IMG/VR virus record: IMGVR_UViG_3300012041_000002
Coordinates: 1-64,000 of that record
DNA from: a virus
Lineage: Duplodnaviria; Caudoviricetes
Direction: 5' to 3' (one strand)
DNA: 64,000 nucleotides
Part shown: in pieces, positions 52,022 through 61,019 of the stretch
Layout of the letters: every line of letters begins with the position of its first letter
How positions within the stretch are numbered: the first letter of the stretch is position 1
Program-made: the position numbers and the translations under genes
The notes under the pieces: generated by a model
Databases searched by the model: none
Told to the model about the DNA's origin: nothing
What the model saw: the letters and a program-made list of their open reading frames with translations, nothing else

Positions 52022-53001
52022 TGGCAGCAACTCAGGCCCAAATTGATGCCCTCAAGAGGCTAGTCAATCAGGCTGAAATTTATCTGAACGTTCAGAAGCC
52101 CGCCACCGGCACCCCCCTCTATCTGATGAGTGGTGTAAACGCCGGCAAGCCACCCCTGAAAGACAGCGCTACTGAACCGGCCACATGGGTAGGCACAACT
52201 TCCGGTGGTTCGGTTGTGTCGTACAAGCCCGAATACGACGCCATAGAAATCGAGCAGGCAACAGGCAAGGTTGCCCCTCGTATGAAGGGTGAGTCCGTTA
52301 CCGTTGAGTTCATGGCCGCGGAAGCGGTGTGGGAGAATATCAAGGCCGGTATCGGTGCTGCACAGCACACCACTGTAGCCCCAGCGGCTGCTATCGCCAA
52401 CCCCACAACCGCCCCCACCGGTTCGGCTGCTTCCGGTACCACCCCATTCGGTACCGGTAATATCACCGTCAAGTACGGTTTCCGCAACGCACGCGGCACA
52501 ACCACTCTTTCCAACGCCCTCACTGTGGCTGTTACATCTACCCAGCAAATCAACATAACAGTTGCTGTTTCTCCCCCTGGTGGGTGTTCGGTGGACTGGT
52601 ATGTTTCTCCTGCTACAGGGGATTCTGCTGTAGAGTTCTACGCCAACAACGACGGCTCCACGTTCTCTATCGTTGACTTCGGTAGTGGCAACATGGCCCC
52701 GGTTGTCAACACGACAGCCCTCGTAAGCCAGATTGACTTGCTGACAGTCGGTGGACAGACGTTCATCGAAGAGCAGTGTGTCGCTCTCGTGAGTGAGATT
52801 GGCTCGTGGGATAATGGTGGCCCGGTTATCCTGTACGAAGTAGTGTGTATCTACAATTGTCTCTCCACCAACGGTGTCGAGATAACCTGGAAGCGCACGG
52901 ATACTCGTATGGTGAAAATTACGCTAACAGGCTACGCCGATGTAACCCGTAACGTAAATGACCAGCTTTACCAGCATTATCAGATGTCAGAGCCTGCATA
53001 A
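52021..53001 (+). CDS. major tail (tube) protein with inserted Thr/Ala-rich domain
   Basis: VG.TSGGS.VSYKPEY..IEIEQ; synteny before chaperones and TMP. Confidence 0.78.
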   Translation: MAATQAQIDALKRLVNQAEIYLNVQKPATGTPLYLMSGVNAGKPPLKDSATEPATWVGTTSGGSVVSYKPEYDAIEIEQATGKVAPRMKGESVTVEFMAAEAVWENIKAGIGAAQHTTVAPAAAIANPTTAPTGSAASGTTPFGTGNITVKYGFRNARGTTTLSNALTVAVTSTQQINITVAVSPPGGCSVDWYVSPATGDSAVEFYANNDGSTFSIVDFGSGNMAPVVNTTALVSQIDLLTVGGQTFIEEQCVALVSEIGSWDNGGPVILYEVVCIYNCLSTNGVEITWKRTDTRMVKITLTGYADVTRNVNDQLYQHYQMSEPA

Positions 53002-53014
53002 TCCTGAATAGGAT

Positions 53015-53050
53015 GAGCCCCCTCCAGATAATGGAGGGGGCTCTTTTTTT
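53015..53050 (+). terminator. rho-independent terminator
   Basis: GAGCCCCCTCCA-GATAA-TGGAGGGGGCTC then T7. Confidence 0.9.
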
Positions 53051-53118
53051 ATTGCAAATATCCTCCGTTTGTATTACGAGGGGGCGACACTCTCGCCCAT
53101 GCAAAATATCAAAGGAGT

Positions 53119-53778
53119 ATGAATTTGGCTAACTATGATGATATGAGCCTGCGCGAGCGTCGTGATATTGACGACAGAATCGAGCTAGGCCACGGAGAGC
53201 TTGTGACTATCAAGTACCCCGTCATGCGTGACGAGGAATTTGAAGTCGAGGAGAAGATTGAGGTTCCTAACCCCGATGGTGGGGAGCCGAAGTACGAAAC
53301 CGTCAAGCGTATTGAGAAGCGTCGCGTGAAGGTAGAAGTTACCGAGCGCCACTATGTAGGCAAGATGGGCGCCGGGGAGACAGGCGCCATTCTTGGTATC
53401 CTGGGCGCTGTGTTCGTGAACGGCTCCACAGCCAAGCAGGACGCAGCCCGCAAGGATAACATGGTTTTCCTGGAGTTCCTCGACGAGTACCACATCAACC
53501 TGCTACTGTCCCTTATCCTCAAGGTGGAGCAGGACTGGGTGCGCAAGCATTTCGACTTAGATGGCTGGGTAATCGACGTGGTTACTGCCTTTTTCAGGTA
53601 CAACAATTTTTTCAAACTTCTCACCCGGGTGATGGAAACGGCGACAAAGATGGGGTTGACGGAACAAGCCGTTCAAAATATCGCCTTGGGCGAGAGTCAG
53701 AATTCACAGAACTTGGAGCCTTCCGACTCTACATCGGAGACTGCATCCACATTATTCGTGCTGCCTACACAGGCATAA
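53119..53778 (+). CDS. tail assembly chaperone (gpG-like)
   Basis: position before TMP; overlapping -1 frame ORF. Confidence 0.7.
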   Translation: MNLANYDDMSLRERRDIDDRIELGHGELVTIKYPVMRDEEFEVEEKIEVPNPDGGEPKYETVKRIEKRRVKVEVTERHYVGKMGAGETGAILGILGAVFVNGSTAKQDAARKDNMVFLEFLDEYHINLLLSLILKVEQDWVRKHFDLDGWVIDVVTAFFRYNNFFKLLTRVMETATKMGLTEQAVQNIALGESQNSQNLEPSDSTSETASTLFVLPTQA

Positions 53779-54131
53779 CCGAGGACGAAATTCTTTGGGA
53801 GCATGATTGGTACTGGGTGTACGAAACCATCAACCGTATAGATTACGATAAACGAGAACAGCGTAAGTGGGACTTGCAATCCAGACTGGCGGTTGGGCGA
53901 CTAACCTCGTTTGGTGCTGATGAGGGAGCTGGAGAGTTTTTCCAAAACCTGTGGAGTAGTTTGGAGACTGAGAACGAAGAATCTGCTGCCATAGATGCCG
54001 AGATGAAGGCAAGAGAGAAGGAGTTGGAGAAACGCAACGCCGAACTTATTGCCAAGTTTCGTGCCAAAGAGCAGGCAGGAACTGCTTCCACACCCGGGGG
54101 TGGGACTATTATCATGCTGGATGGTAAGTAA
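53607..54131 (+). CDS. tail chaperone frameshift extension (gpGT-like), -1 frame
   Basis: -1 frame open from 53460 to 54131; T TTT TTC heptamer at 53607-53613 in correct phase. Confidence 0.55.
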   Translation, partial: FFQTSHPGDGNGDKDGVDGTSRSKYRLGRESEFTELGAFRLYIGDCIHIIRAAYTGITEDEILWEHDWYWVYETINRIDYDKREQRKWDLQSRLAVGRLTSFGADEGAGEFFQNLWSSLETENEESAAIDAEMKAREKELEKRNAELIAKFRAKEQAGTASTPGGGTIIMLDGK

Positions 54132-54138
54132 AGTTGTT

Positions 54139-54172
54139 AGTCCCCTAACCAATACGGTTAGGGGGCTTTTTT
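54139..54172 (+). terminator. terminator/attenuator before TMP
   Basis: CCCCTAACC-AATAC-GGTTAGGGG then T6. Confidence 0.8.
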
Positions 54173-54206
54173 ATTTAGGGGTAGACACACCAAAAGAGAG
54201 TGAAAC

Positions 54207-57200
54207 ATGGCAGATAGAACCGTCAAGGCAGTGGTTCGAGTAACCGGTGACTCCAAGCAGGCTACAGATGCTATCCAGAAAACTGTCAAGGCTATGCAGG
54301 ATGCCGGGGCTGCCTCCGTAAAGGTTACCAACACCGTAGCTCAGAGGGCTGTCAAAGCCAATTCTGATATGGACGCCAGCCAGAAGAAGCTGGCCGGGGC
54401 CATAACCAACACCACCTCCATAACCTCCAAGTGGGTGAAGGCCAACGCAGACAGTAAAGGCGTTATGGCCGGTGTAACCGCTCAGGTGAGGGCAGCCGGA
54501 CAGTCCTACAGGGAGTTTGGTACCCACGCCCAGAATTCTCTCACACAGTTGGGTGGGGCCGGACGTTCCCTCGGACAGGCTATTGCTACAATTGTTAGGG
54601 AAGCCAGAACCATCGCCCCTATTTTCACCTCAACCGCCCGCAGCGGGGTGGGGCTTCGCCAGCAACTTCGCTCTCTTGGTGGTGATTTACGTAATGTTGG
54701 GCTCATCATGCGCACCAGTCTGGCCGCGGGTGGTGGGCAGGTTAGGCAGGTGTTCGTCAACCTTGGAGGAGCCTTCCATGCGTTCCTCAAATCCATCCCT
54801 CTGGCTATTCGTGGCACGGTGGCCCTGGCCCAGGCTATGGGTAAGGTGGCCTCTGCCTCTCTGGGTGTAGTTGCCGGAGTAGGTAAGGCAGGGGCGGCTG
54901 TACACGCGGCTGCTGCACGCTTCATGGGCTTTGGGAAAAGCACCGGGGGCAGTTTTGCTACCGTTGGTACTCACATGGCCGGGCTCGCGGTGCGCCTGCA
55001 AGGTATGCAGACAGGGTTGTACGCTGTAGGCGGTGCAATGACGGTGCTCGCCAACAAAGCAAAAGAAGCGTTCGCAGACATACTGAACGTTGCCGGAGAG
55101 TTTGAGCAGAAAATGGTAACTCTCGGGGCTGTGCTTGGCAAGAGCGTCAGTGAAGGTACCAAGGCGGAACTACAAAAGTTCGCCATTCAGTTGGGGCAGT
55201 TCACCCCGATTTCCTCGAACGAAGCAGCAACCGTACTCAACACCCTAATCCGTGGTGGCAAGACAGTCACCGAGGTTATGAACGGAGCTGCATACGCAAC
55301 CATCGCTCTGGCTAAGGCCAACGAGATGGAGTTGCTCCCCGCTGCTCAGGCAGTAATCCAGGCCACTAATGTGTTTTCCGCACAAAATTTGGGTGCGGTA
55401 GATGCAGTCAACACCATGACTAAGGTGGCAAACGCCTCGTCCGTTGAAGTGAAGGACTTGGCCGATACCATGAAGAATGCCGGTTCCGCGGCTGCTGTGA
55501 TGCAGGTGGACTTCAAAGAGTTCATGCTACTGGCCGGAACACTAGGCGATATGGGTATCAAGGGTGGCGAGGCCGGTACGGCCATGCGCTACTTCTTCCT
55601 GAACCTCATACCCACTACGCAGAAGTCTATACGGCTCATGCGCGAGTACGGGTTGCTGGTGATTGACAACGCCAAGGCCACTACTCTACTGGGTGAGGCC
55701 GGTATCCAGTACACCAAAACCGAAGAGGGAATGCTCGAAGGTTTGTGGAAGATGGTGGGTGGCGTCAAGCAGCTTGGTAAGAGCTATGCCGAGTCGGTGT
55801 CTGATGGAGAGCCTGCTGTCAAGAAGTTTCAACAGTACCTCGTCCATCAGGGCATTGTCACTTCCAAATTTGTAGACACCCAGACAGGTAAGCTAAAAGC
55901 CTCCAGGGAAATTCTAAAAGAGCTATTTGAATCGTTTGGCAAGCTGACTCCTGTGCAAGCCGCCGATAAGATGGGCGAGATATTTGGTGTGCGTGGAGGT
56001 TTCAAATCCGCCGCACCACTCTTCATGGCGTATCAGGAGAACAGGAAAAAGATTGAGCTTGAGATTGAGAAAATCAACGAGCTCGAGCGCAAGAGATATA
56101 TTACCAAAGAGCAGGCCAACGCACAGATAGCTGCCCTCGAAAAGGAATCCGGGAACCTCATCGACAAGCTGATGGGGGAGATGGAGAACTATGGTAATGC
56201 AGTGGACATCATGCAGGAGCGCCAGAACACCTGGGTAGGCTCCAATGAGTATCTGCAATCGTCCCTCGAGGCACTCAAAGTGGTACTGGGCACACCTCTG
56301 CTCGACACTTTCTCCCCCATTATTCGTGGTATTGGCGACATAATCAACCAGCTTACCACCCTGGCCGAGGCCAACCCTGAGATAGTCAAGACACTCGGCC
56401 TTATCAGCATGGGCGCTGCCGCCTTCGCCGGACTTGCCGGCCCAATCATGGTGCTTTCGGCTGCATGGCCGTACCTGATGATGGGCCTGTCCTCGATGGC
56501 CGCGGGCATCTTTCCGGTGATAGGGTTACTCACCCTGCTTGCCGGGGCTGTTACAGCCGTTCTGGTAGCGGTGGCTGACCCGTCACTGGGTATCCTACCT
56601 GCTATCCAACAGGCGTCGGCTGCTTTAGGGGAGATGCTGCCGGCAGCTATAGCCATAGCCACACAGTTCTTCAACGAGATACTGCTGCCCATTGGCTACG
56701 CGATTGCCCTGTTCTTCCGAGACATCCTTCTCCCTGCCATCGTGGCTTTCGCCGGGTGGATGATAGACAACCTTCCGGCTGCCATCAGCGCAGCGTCAGA
56801 TGTTCTGACGAACGTGCTGATACCTGCCCTCGCTATGCTGTTCACCTGGCTGGCCGGATTTATCCCACAGGCTTTGAATATTATGGCAAGCCTGTGGAGC
56901 AACTTGATAGTGCCCATTCTGGGTTTCTTCGCCAACCTGATTGCTACGGTGGTAATACCGGCCCTGATGCAGCTTGGCAGTTGGCTTGGGCAGTTCCTGC
57001 CTGTAGCCATAGGAATCCTGGCCGACATCTGGAACGGTGTACTCGCACCGATAATCACCTTTCTGGCAGACGTTATCTTCAACCTGCTGCTCCCGGCCTT
57101 TATGGCCGTAGCGGAGTGGTTAGGGAGTATCCTTCCTCCGATTATCGCCTTCGTGTCTGATGCTGTTCAGCAGTTCATCATACCGGCCTTTCAAAAGGTT

Positions 57201-60200
57201 ATAGAGATACTTGGCCTGGTGCTCCCACCTATCCTGGCGGTAGTGGGCACTATCCTACAATTCCTGATACCAGCGTTCCAGATGGCGTGGAACATTATCG
57301 CCCCCATCGTCCTGTTCTTGCTCGACGTGATAATCATGGCGTGCCAGGGTATGGCGATAGCCTGGGGTAACTTCGTGGATTGGTGGCAGAACGGTACCGG
57401 CCTCATACACGACGCCCTGGTGTTCATCTGGGAGGCTGTCACCACCATCTTCGGTGCTATCTTCCAGGCCATAGGCTGGGTAGCCGAGAAGTTAGGTGAG
57501 TTCTTCGGTTGGCTGGCCGGTGCCAGCAGTGAGGCCGGTAAGAAAACCGGGGGTAACTTCACCAACGGTATCGTCGACGGCTGCGAAGAAGGCACTCCCA
57601 AGATTGGGCAGCAAGTGCTCAACATTGGCAAGGGGTTCCAGTCTCTGGAGTCGCCTTCGGGCGTGTCAGGGTACACCTCCGGTTTCAACTGGAGTGGTGG
57701 AATCCTAGACGGTATCAACGCCAATATCCCTGCGATTGAGAGTGCCGTCAATCAAGTAAATAATCTACTCAACAACCTCGCCATGCAGATGGAATCGGTG
57801 GCGAGGGCAGAGGAAGCAGGTGGAGACTCCTTCTTCCCGACAGATGCAGCTACCAAAGAGAAGCGGGCCAGGATGCTTTACTACCTGGCTACGCGCAAGA
57901 GAGACTTATCCGGCAATTTAGACATTGCCAAGAAAGCCCAGTTCAACCCGTTTGGTGGGCAATCATCAGGTGGGAGTGGACTACCCACAGGGTTCGACGG
58001 GTTGGGTGGTGGTGACGGTACCAGTCCTTACGAGCCCGGTGGCCCACTCGAGGGTGAATACCCTCATGCCCCAGCCGGTGGGGGTGGTGGGGGCGCTGGC
58101 GCCAGAGAAAAGTCAGCAGCCGAAGTAGCCGCCGACTTGGTGAAGAAAGTCGCCGACGGCATCAAATCAGGCATCGAAGCCATGCGCCAGCTGGCAGCTA
58201 TGGTAGTGCCCGCTAATGTCGCCGAGAAGGCCCAGCAGTTTGCCGTCGTAGTGAACGACATCGTTCAGGCCATACAGAAGATAGCCCTACAGTACAACAG
58301 CGAAGAAGGGTTGTCTGTGCTGGAAGCCACGGAGAAGTTCGCTGACGCCTCGGGCAAGGCCATGGGCTTGCTCTCCAAAGGTGTAGAAGCCTTCAAGGCC
58401 ATAAAGGATTTCGCTGCTCCGGCTAAAGAATCCGTGGCAATCTTCGTGGCCTCGGTGAACGATTTCATGGGGCAGTTCGTGCCCATGGCAGCATCGTTCG
58501 ATGTAGAGATGGTAGCCAAGAGCCAGGTGTTCGCTGACGCGGCTGACAAGGCTCTGGGGCTCATCTCCAAGGCAGTAGAGGGCTTCAAGGTGGTTCGGGG
58601 AATCCGAGCCCCTCTCGAGGCCGACATACAAACCCTGGTGGACTCCATCAGGATGTTGATGGATAAGGTTGCGCACATCTCTGATGTGCTGGCCCCTGAG
58701 CTAATAGACAGGAGCGCCATGTGGGCGGAAGCTGCCGGCAAGGTAGCCGACGCCATGCTAAAAGCCGCCACCTTCCTCAACACCCTCGCCAACCCCAAGT
58801 TTAGCATCAACGCCTCGGCAGAACGTGTGCAGCAGCTAGTCAACTCAGCCATGCACATAATGAACCTGCTGGGTGATTTGCTCACTGCCAACCCCGGGTG
58901 GACTATCGAGAATGCCGAGCGGGTAGCAGCTTTTGCGGAAACCGCGGGCAAAGTGGCGGAAGCTCTTGGCAAGGCTTCTACCTTCCTCTCGGAATTAGCG
59001 GCAGACAGAGGCCGGACTAAATTCTCCAGTCTCGCGGAGCGCGTACAGGAACTTGTCAACGCAGTAGTTGATATGGGCATCCGTATGCGCAACGCTGTGC
59101 AGGAAGAAGCCTTGGACAATGCACCACTCTTCGCAGAGGGTGCGGCCAAGGTTATCGACAGCCTCATCAAGGTTCTGGAACTGCTGCAAAAGTTGTCCGG
59201 CGCCAAGAAGCTGGGTGACTCTTCCAGAGTGGCCGAACTTTCCAAAGCTGTCGTAGACATGGTTGGGATGTTCAAGTCAGCACTCGCCGCCGCTGGCATC
59301 AAGGCTGACGAGACTACCGTAGAGGCAGACTCTCTGGTAGCCCAGCTATCCGAAACATACGCAAAGATACTCGAAGCGCCCACAAAGGCGCTCGAGCTGC
59401 TGGAGAAGCTCTCTCAGGCAGACGACATCTTCAAAAAGAACCCCACACGCTTCGTAGGCCAGCTCATCTCCGGTATGAAAGTGGTGTTGCAGGCATTCTC
59501 CGCTGCACGCACCGAACTGGAGGGTTTGGTTGATACGGAACTGGTGGAACTATCTGCCCTCATAGGTGGGGCAGTAGAGGGGCTCTCAAAACCCCTCGAT
59601 TTACTGAACGGATTAGTCTCCTTCCGTCCGGTGTCCGATGCCACAGTAGACAGGTTCATATCCTCTGTACGCACTCTGGTGCAGAAGCTGTCTATACTGC
59701 CACTGGAAATCGCACCTGCCCTTCTGGACATTGCTCAGGAGTGGGGTGAGAAACTCGGCCCTGCAATAGAGACTCTCGGCGCTGCCCTCGACTTGTTCAT
59801 AAACCTAGTCGGTGAAACTGACGAGGAAGGGAAGCGTAAGGGTGGACTGAGGCCAGTCGATGCTGACGCAATAGGCGAACTTACCGGGAAGCTGTGGCTG
59901 CTGCTGCAAAAGCTGCGCACAGACTTGCTGGAGAAGATTGCCCCTGAGATGCTTGACTTGGCGAAGGACTTCGGCGAAAAGGTTGGGCCGGCAGTTGAGA
60001 TGCTCGACAAGGCTCTGGGCCTGTTCATCGCTCTGGTGCCCGACTCAGAGGGCAAGGGTGGCCTCAAACCAATAGACGTTGACGCCATAGGCGCTCTCGT
60101 GGGCAACCTGTACATCCTCCTCCAGCATTACCGAAACGTAATAATGGGCGGGGAGTTCCAGGGTGACTTCGCCGAAAGGGCTGTGGCCTTCGCCGGCACT

Positions 60201-60974
60201 GCCTCAATAGTGCTGGATAGCCTCAACTCGGTTCTGCAACTGGCTAAAGACATCCAGACAGCCAACGAAAATGGGGCTATAGATAAACTGCCTGAGATGG
60301 TTCAGAAGCTGGCTACAGCCCTCGCAGCAGCTGCCAGCATAGAGTTCCCCAAACTTGGGGTTGATATGTCGAGCAGCGTGGGACAGATGTTCGCCTCTCT
60401 GGTGGCCCTGTTCCAGCAGCAGACTAACTCGGAAACACCCGGCACCATCGCCTACTACTTCTACGGAAAAAGCATGGAATCCCTGCTCTACCGTATGTGG
60501 TTCGCAGTGGAAGGCAAAGGCGGGCTTCGCCCCACTATGCGCCTGGCCTTCGAAGGCATGATGAACGAAATCGTGCAAGCCGTGCAGGGTTGGGCTACCC
60601 AGCTCAAGAACGTCTGGAATCAGGTTATGAGTGATATGCGTACCCTGGTGAGTAGCGGGTTGAACGAAATTCGTTCCATGCTCACCTCATTCACACAGGG
60701 CTCAATCACTATGACTATGACAGTTGACGGGTTGAATGTCCCTGCCCTGGCAAGCGGTGGAGTGGTAACGCGCCCCACCTATGCCTTCCTCGGCGAGGGT
60801 GGAGAACCGGAAGCGGTTATCCCCCTGTCCAAGCTGGAGAAGATGCTGGGAACCGGCGGAAACCAGACAAAGAACAAAACAGTCAACAATATCCGCGCAG
60901 CCTACTTCAACTCCTACGCAAATCAGAAAGAGTTGGATAGGCGCCAGAGACTTCTGGATACCAGTCCAGACTAA
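54207..60974 (+). CDS. tape measure protein (TP901-like core), 2255 aa
   Basis: FEQKM..LGAV; T..S.NEAA; AN.S.V.VKDL.D.MK.AG; amphipathic W/F repeats. Confidence 0.93.
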   Translation: MADRTVKAVVRVTGDSKQATDAIQKTVKAMQDAGAASVKVTNTVAQRAVKANSDMDASQKKLAGAITNTTSITSKWVKANADSKGVMAGVTAQVRAAGQSYREFGTHAQNSLTQLGGAGRSLGQAIATIVREARTIAPIFTSTARSGVGLRQQLRSLGGDLRNVGLIMRTSLAAGGGQVRQVFVNLGGAFHAFLKSIPLAIRGTVALAQAMGKVASASLGVVAGVGKAGAAVHAAAARFMGFGKSTGGSFATVGTHMAGLAVRLQGMQTGLYAVGGAMTVLANKAKEAFADILNVAGEFEQKMVTLGAVLGKSVSEGTKAELQKFAIQLGQFTPISSNEAATVLNTLIRGGKTVTEVMNGAAYATIALAKANEMELLPAAQAVIQATNVFSAQNLGAVDAVNTMTKVANASSVEVKDLADTMKNAGSAAAVMQVDFKEFMLLAGTLGDMGIKGGEAGTAMRYFFLNLIPTTQKSIRLMREYGLLVIDNAKATTLLGEAGIQYTKTEEGMLEGLWKMVGGVKQLGKSYAESVSDGEPAVKKFQQYLVHQGIVTSKFVDTQTGKLKASREILKELFESFGKLTPVQAADKMGEIFGVRGGFKSAAPLFMAYQENRKKIELEIEKINELERKRYITKEQANAQIAALEKESGNLIDKLMGEMENYGNAVDIMQERQNTWVGSNEYLQSSLEALKVVLGTPLLDTFSPIIRGIGDIINQLTTLAEANPEIVKTLGLISMGAAAFAGLAGPIMVLSAAWPYLMMGLSSMAAGIFPVIGLLTLLAGAVTAVLVAVADPSLGILPAIQQASAALGEMLPAAIAIATQFFNEILLPIGYAIALFFRDILLPAIVAFAGWMIDNLPAAISAASDVLTNVLIPALAMLFTWLAGFIPQALNIMASLWSNLIVPILGFFANLIATVVIPALMQLGSWLGQFLPVAIGILADIWNGVLAPIITFLADVIFNLLLPAFMAVAEWLGSILPPIIAFVSDAVQQFIIPAFQKVIEILGLVLPPILAVVGTILQFLIPAFQMAWNIIAPIVLFLLDVIIMACQGMAIAWGNFVDWWQNGTGLIHDALVFIWEAVTTIFGAIFQAIGWVAEKLGEFFGWLAGASSEAGKKTGGNFTNGIVDGCEEGTPKIGQQVLNIGKGFQSLESPSGVSGYTSGFNWSGGILDGINANIPAIESAVNQVNNLLNNLAMQMESVARAEEAGGDSFFPTDAATKEKRARMLYYLATRKRDLSGNLDIAKKAQFNPFGGQSSGGSGLPTGFDGLGGGDGTSPYEPGGPLEGEYPHAPAGGGGGGAGAREKSAAEVAADLVKKVADGIKSGIEAMRQLAAMVVPANVAEKAQQFAVVVNDIVQAIQKIALQYNSEEGLSVLEATEKFADASGKAMGLLSKGVEAFKAIKDFAAPAKESVAIFVASVNDFMGQFVPMAASFDVEMVAKSQVFADAADKALGLISKAVEGFKVVRGIRAPLEADIQTLVDSIRMLMDKVAHISDVLAPELIDRSAMWAEAAGKVADAMLKAATFLNTLANPKFSINASAERVQQLVNSAMHIMNLLGDLLTANPGWTIENAERVAAFAETAGKVAEALGKASTFLSELAADRGRTKFSSLAERVQELVNAVVDMGIRMRNAVQEEALDNAPLFAEGAAKVIDSLIKVLELLQKLSGAKKLGDSSRVAELSKAVVDMVGMFKSALAAAGIKADETTVEADSLVAQLSETYAKILEAPTKALELLEKLSQADDIFKKNPTRFVGQLISGMKVVLQAFSAARTELEGLVDTELVELSALIGGAVEGLSKPLDLLNGLVSFRPVSDATVDRFISSVRTLVQKLSILPLEIAPALLDIAQEWGEKLGPAIETLGAALDLFINLVGETDEEGKRKGGLRPVDADAIGELTGKLWLLLQKLRTDLLEKIAPEMLDLAKDFGEKVGPAVEMLDKALGLFIALVPDSEGKGGLKPIDVDAIGALVGNLYILLQHYRNVIMGGEFQGDFAERAVAFAGTASIVLDSLNSVLQLAKDIQTANENGAIDKLPEMVQKLATALAAAASIEFPKLGVDMSSSVGQMFASLVALFQQQTNSETPGTIAYYFYGKSMESLLYRMWFAVEGKGGLRPTMRLAFEGMMNEIVQAVQGWATQLKNVWNQVMSDMRTLVSSGLNEIRSMLTSFTQGSITMTMTVDGLNVPALASGGVVTRPTYAFLGEGGEPEAVIPLSKLEKMLGTGGNQTKNKTVNNIRAAYFNSYANQKELDRRQRLLDTSPD

Positions 60975-60980
60975 TAGTTT

Positions 60981-61002
60981 GGGGTGGGTGAAAGCCCACC
61001 CC
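60981..61002 (+). repeat. GGGGTGGGT-GAAA-GCCCACCCC hairpin (copy 3 of 3)
   Basis: directly after TMP stop; near-identical to 49307. Confidence 0.75.
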
Positions 61003-61019
61003 TATTGTAAGGAGTAAGT

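Noticed and set aside
58265-59383. 372-aa minus-strand ORF within TMP (and similar shadows at 19477-20349 and 62322-63335)
   Set aside because: Antisense open frames caused by codon bias of the sense genes.
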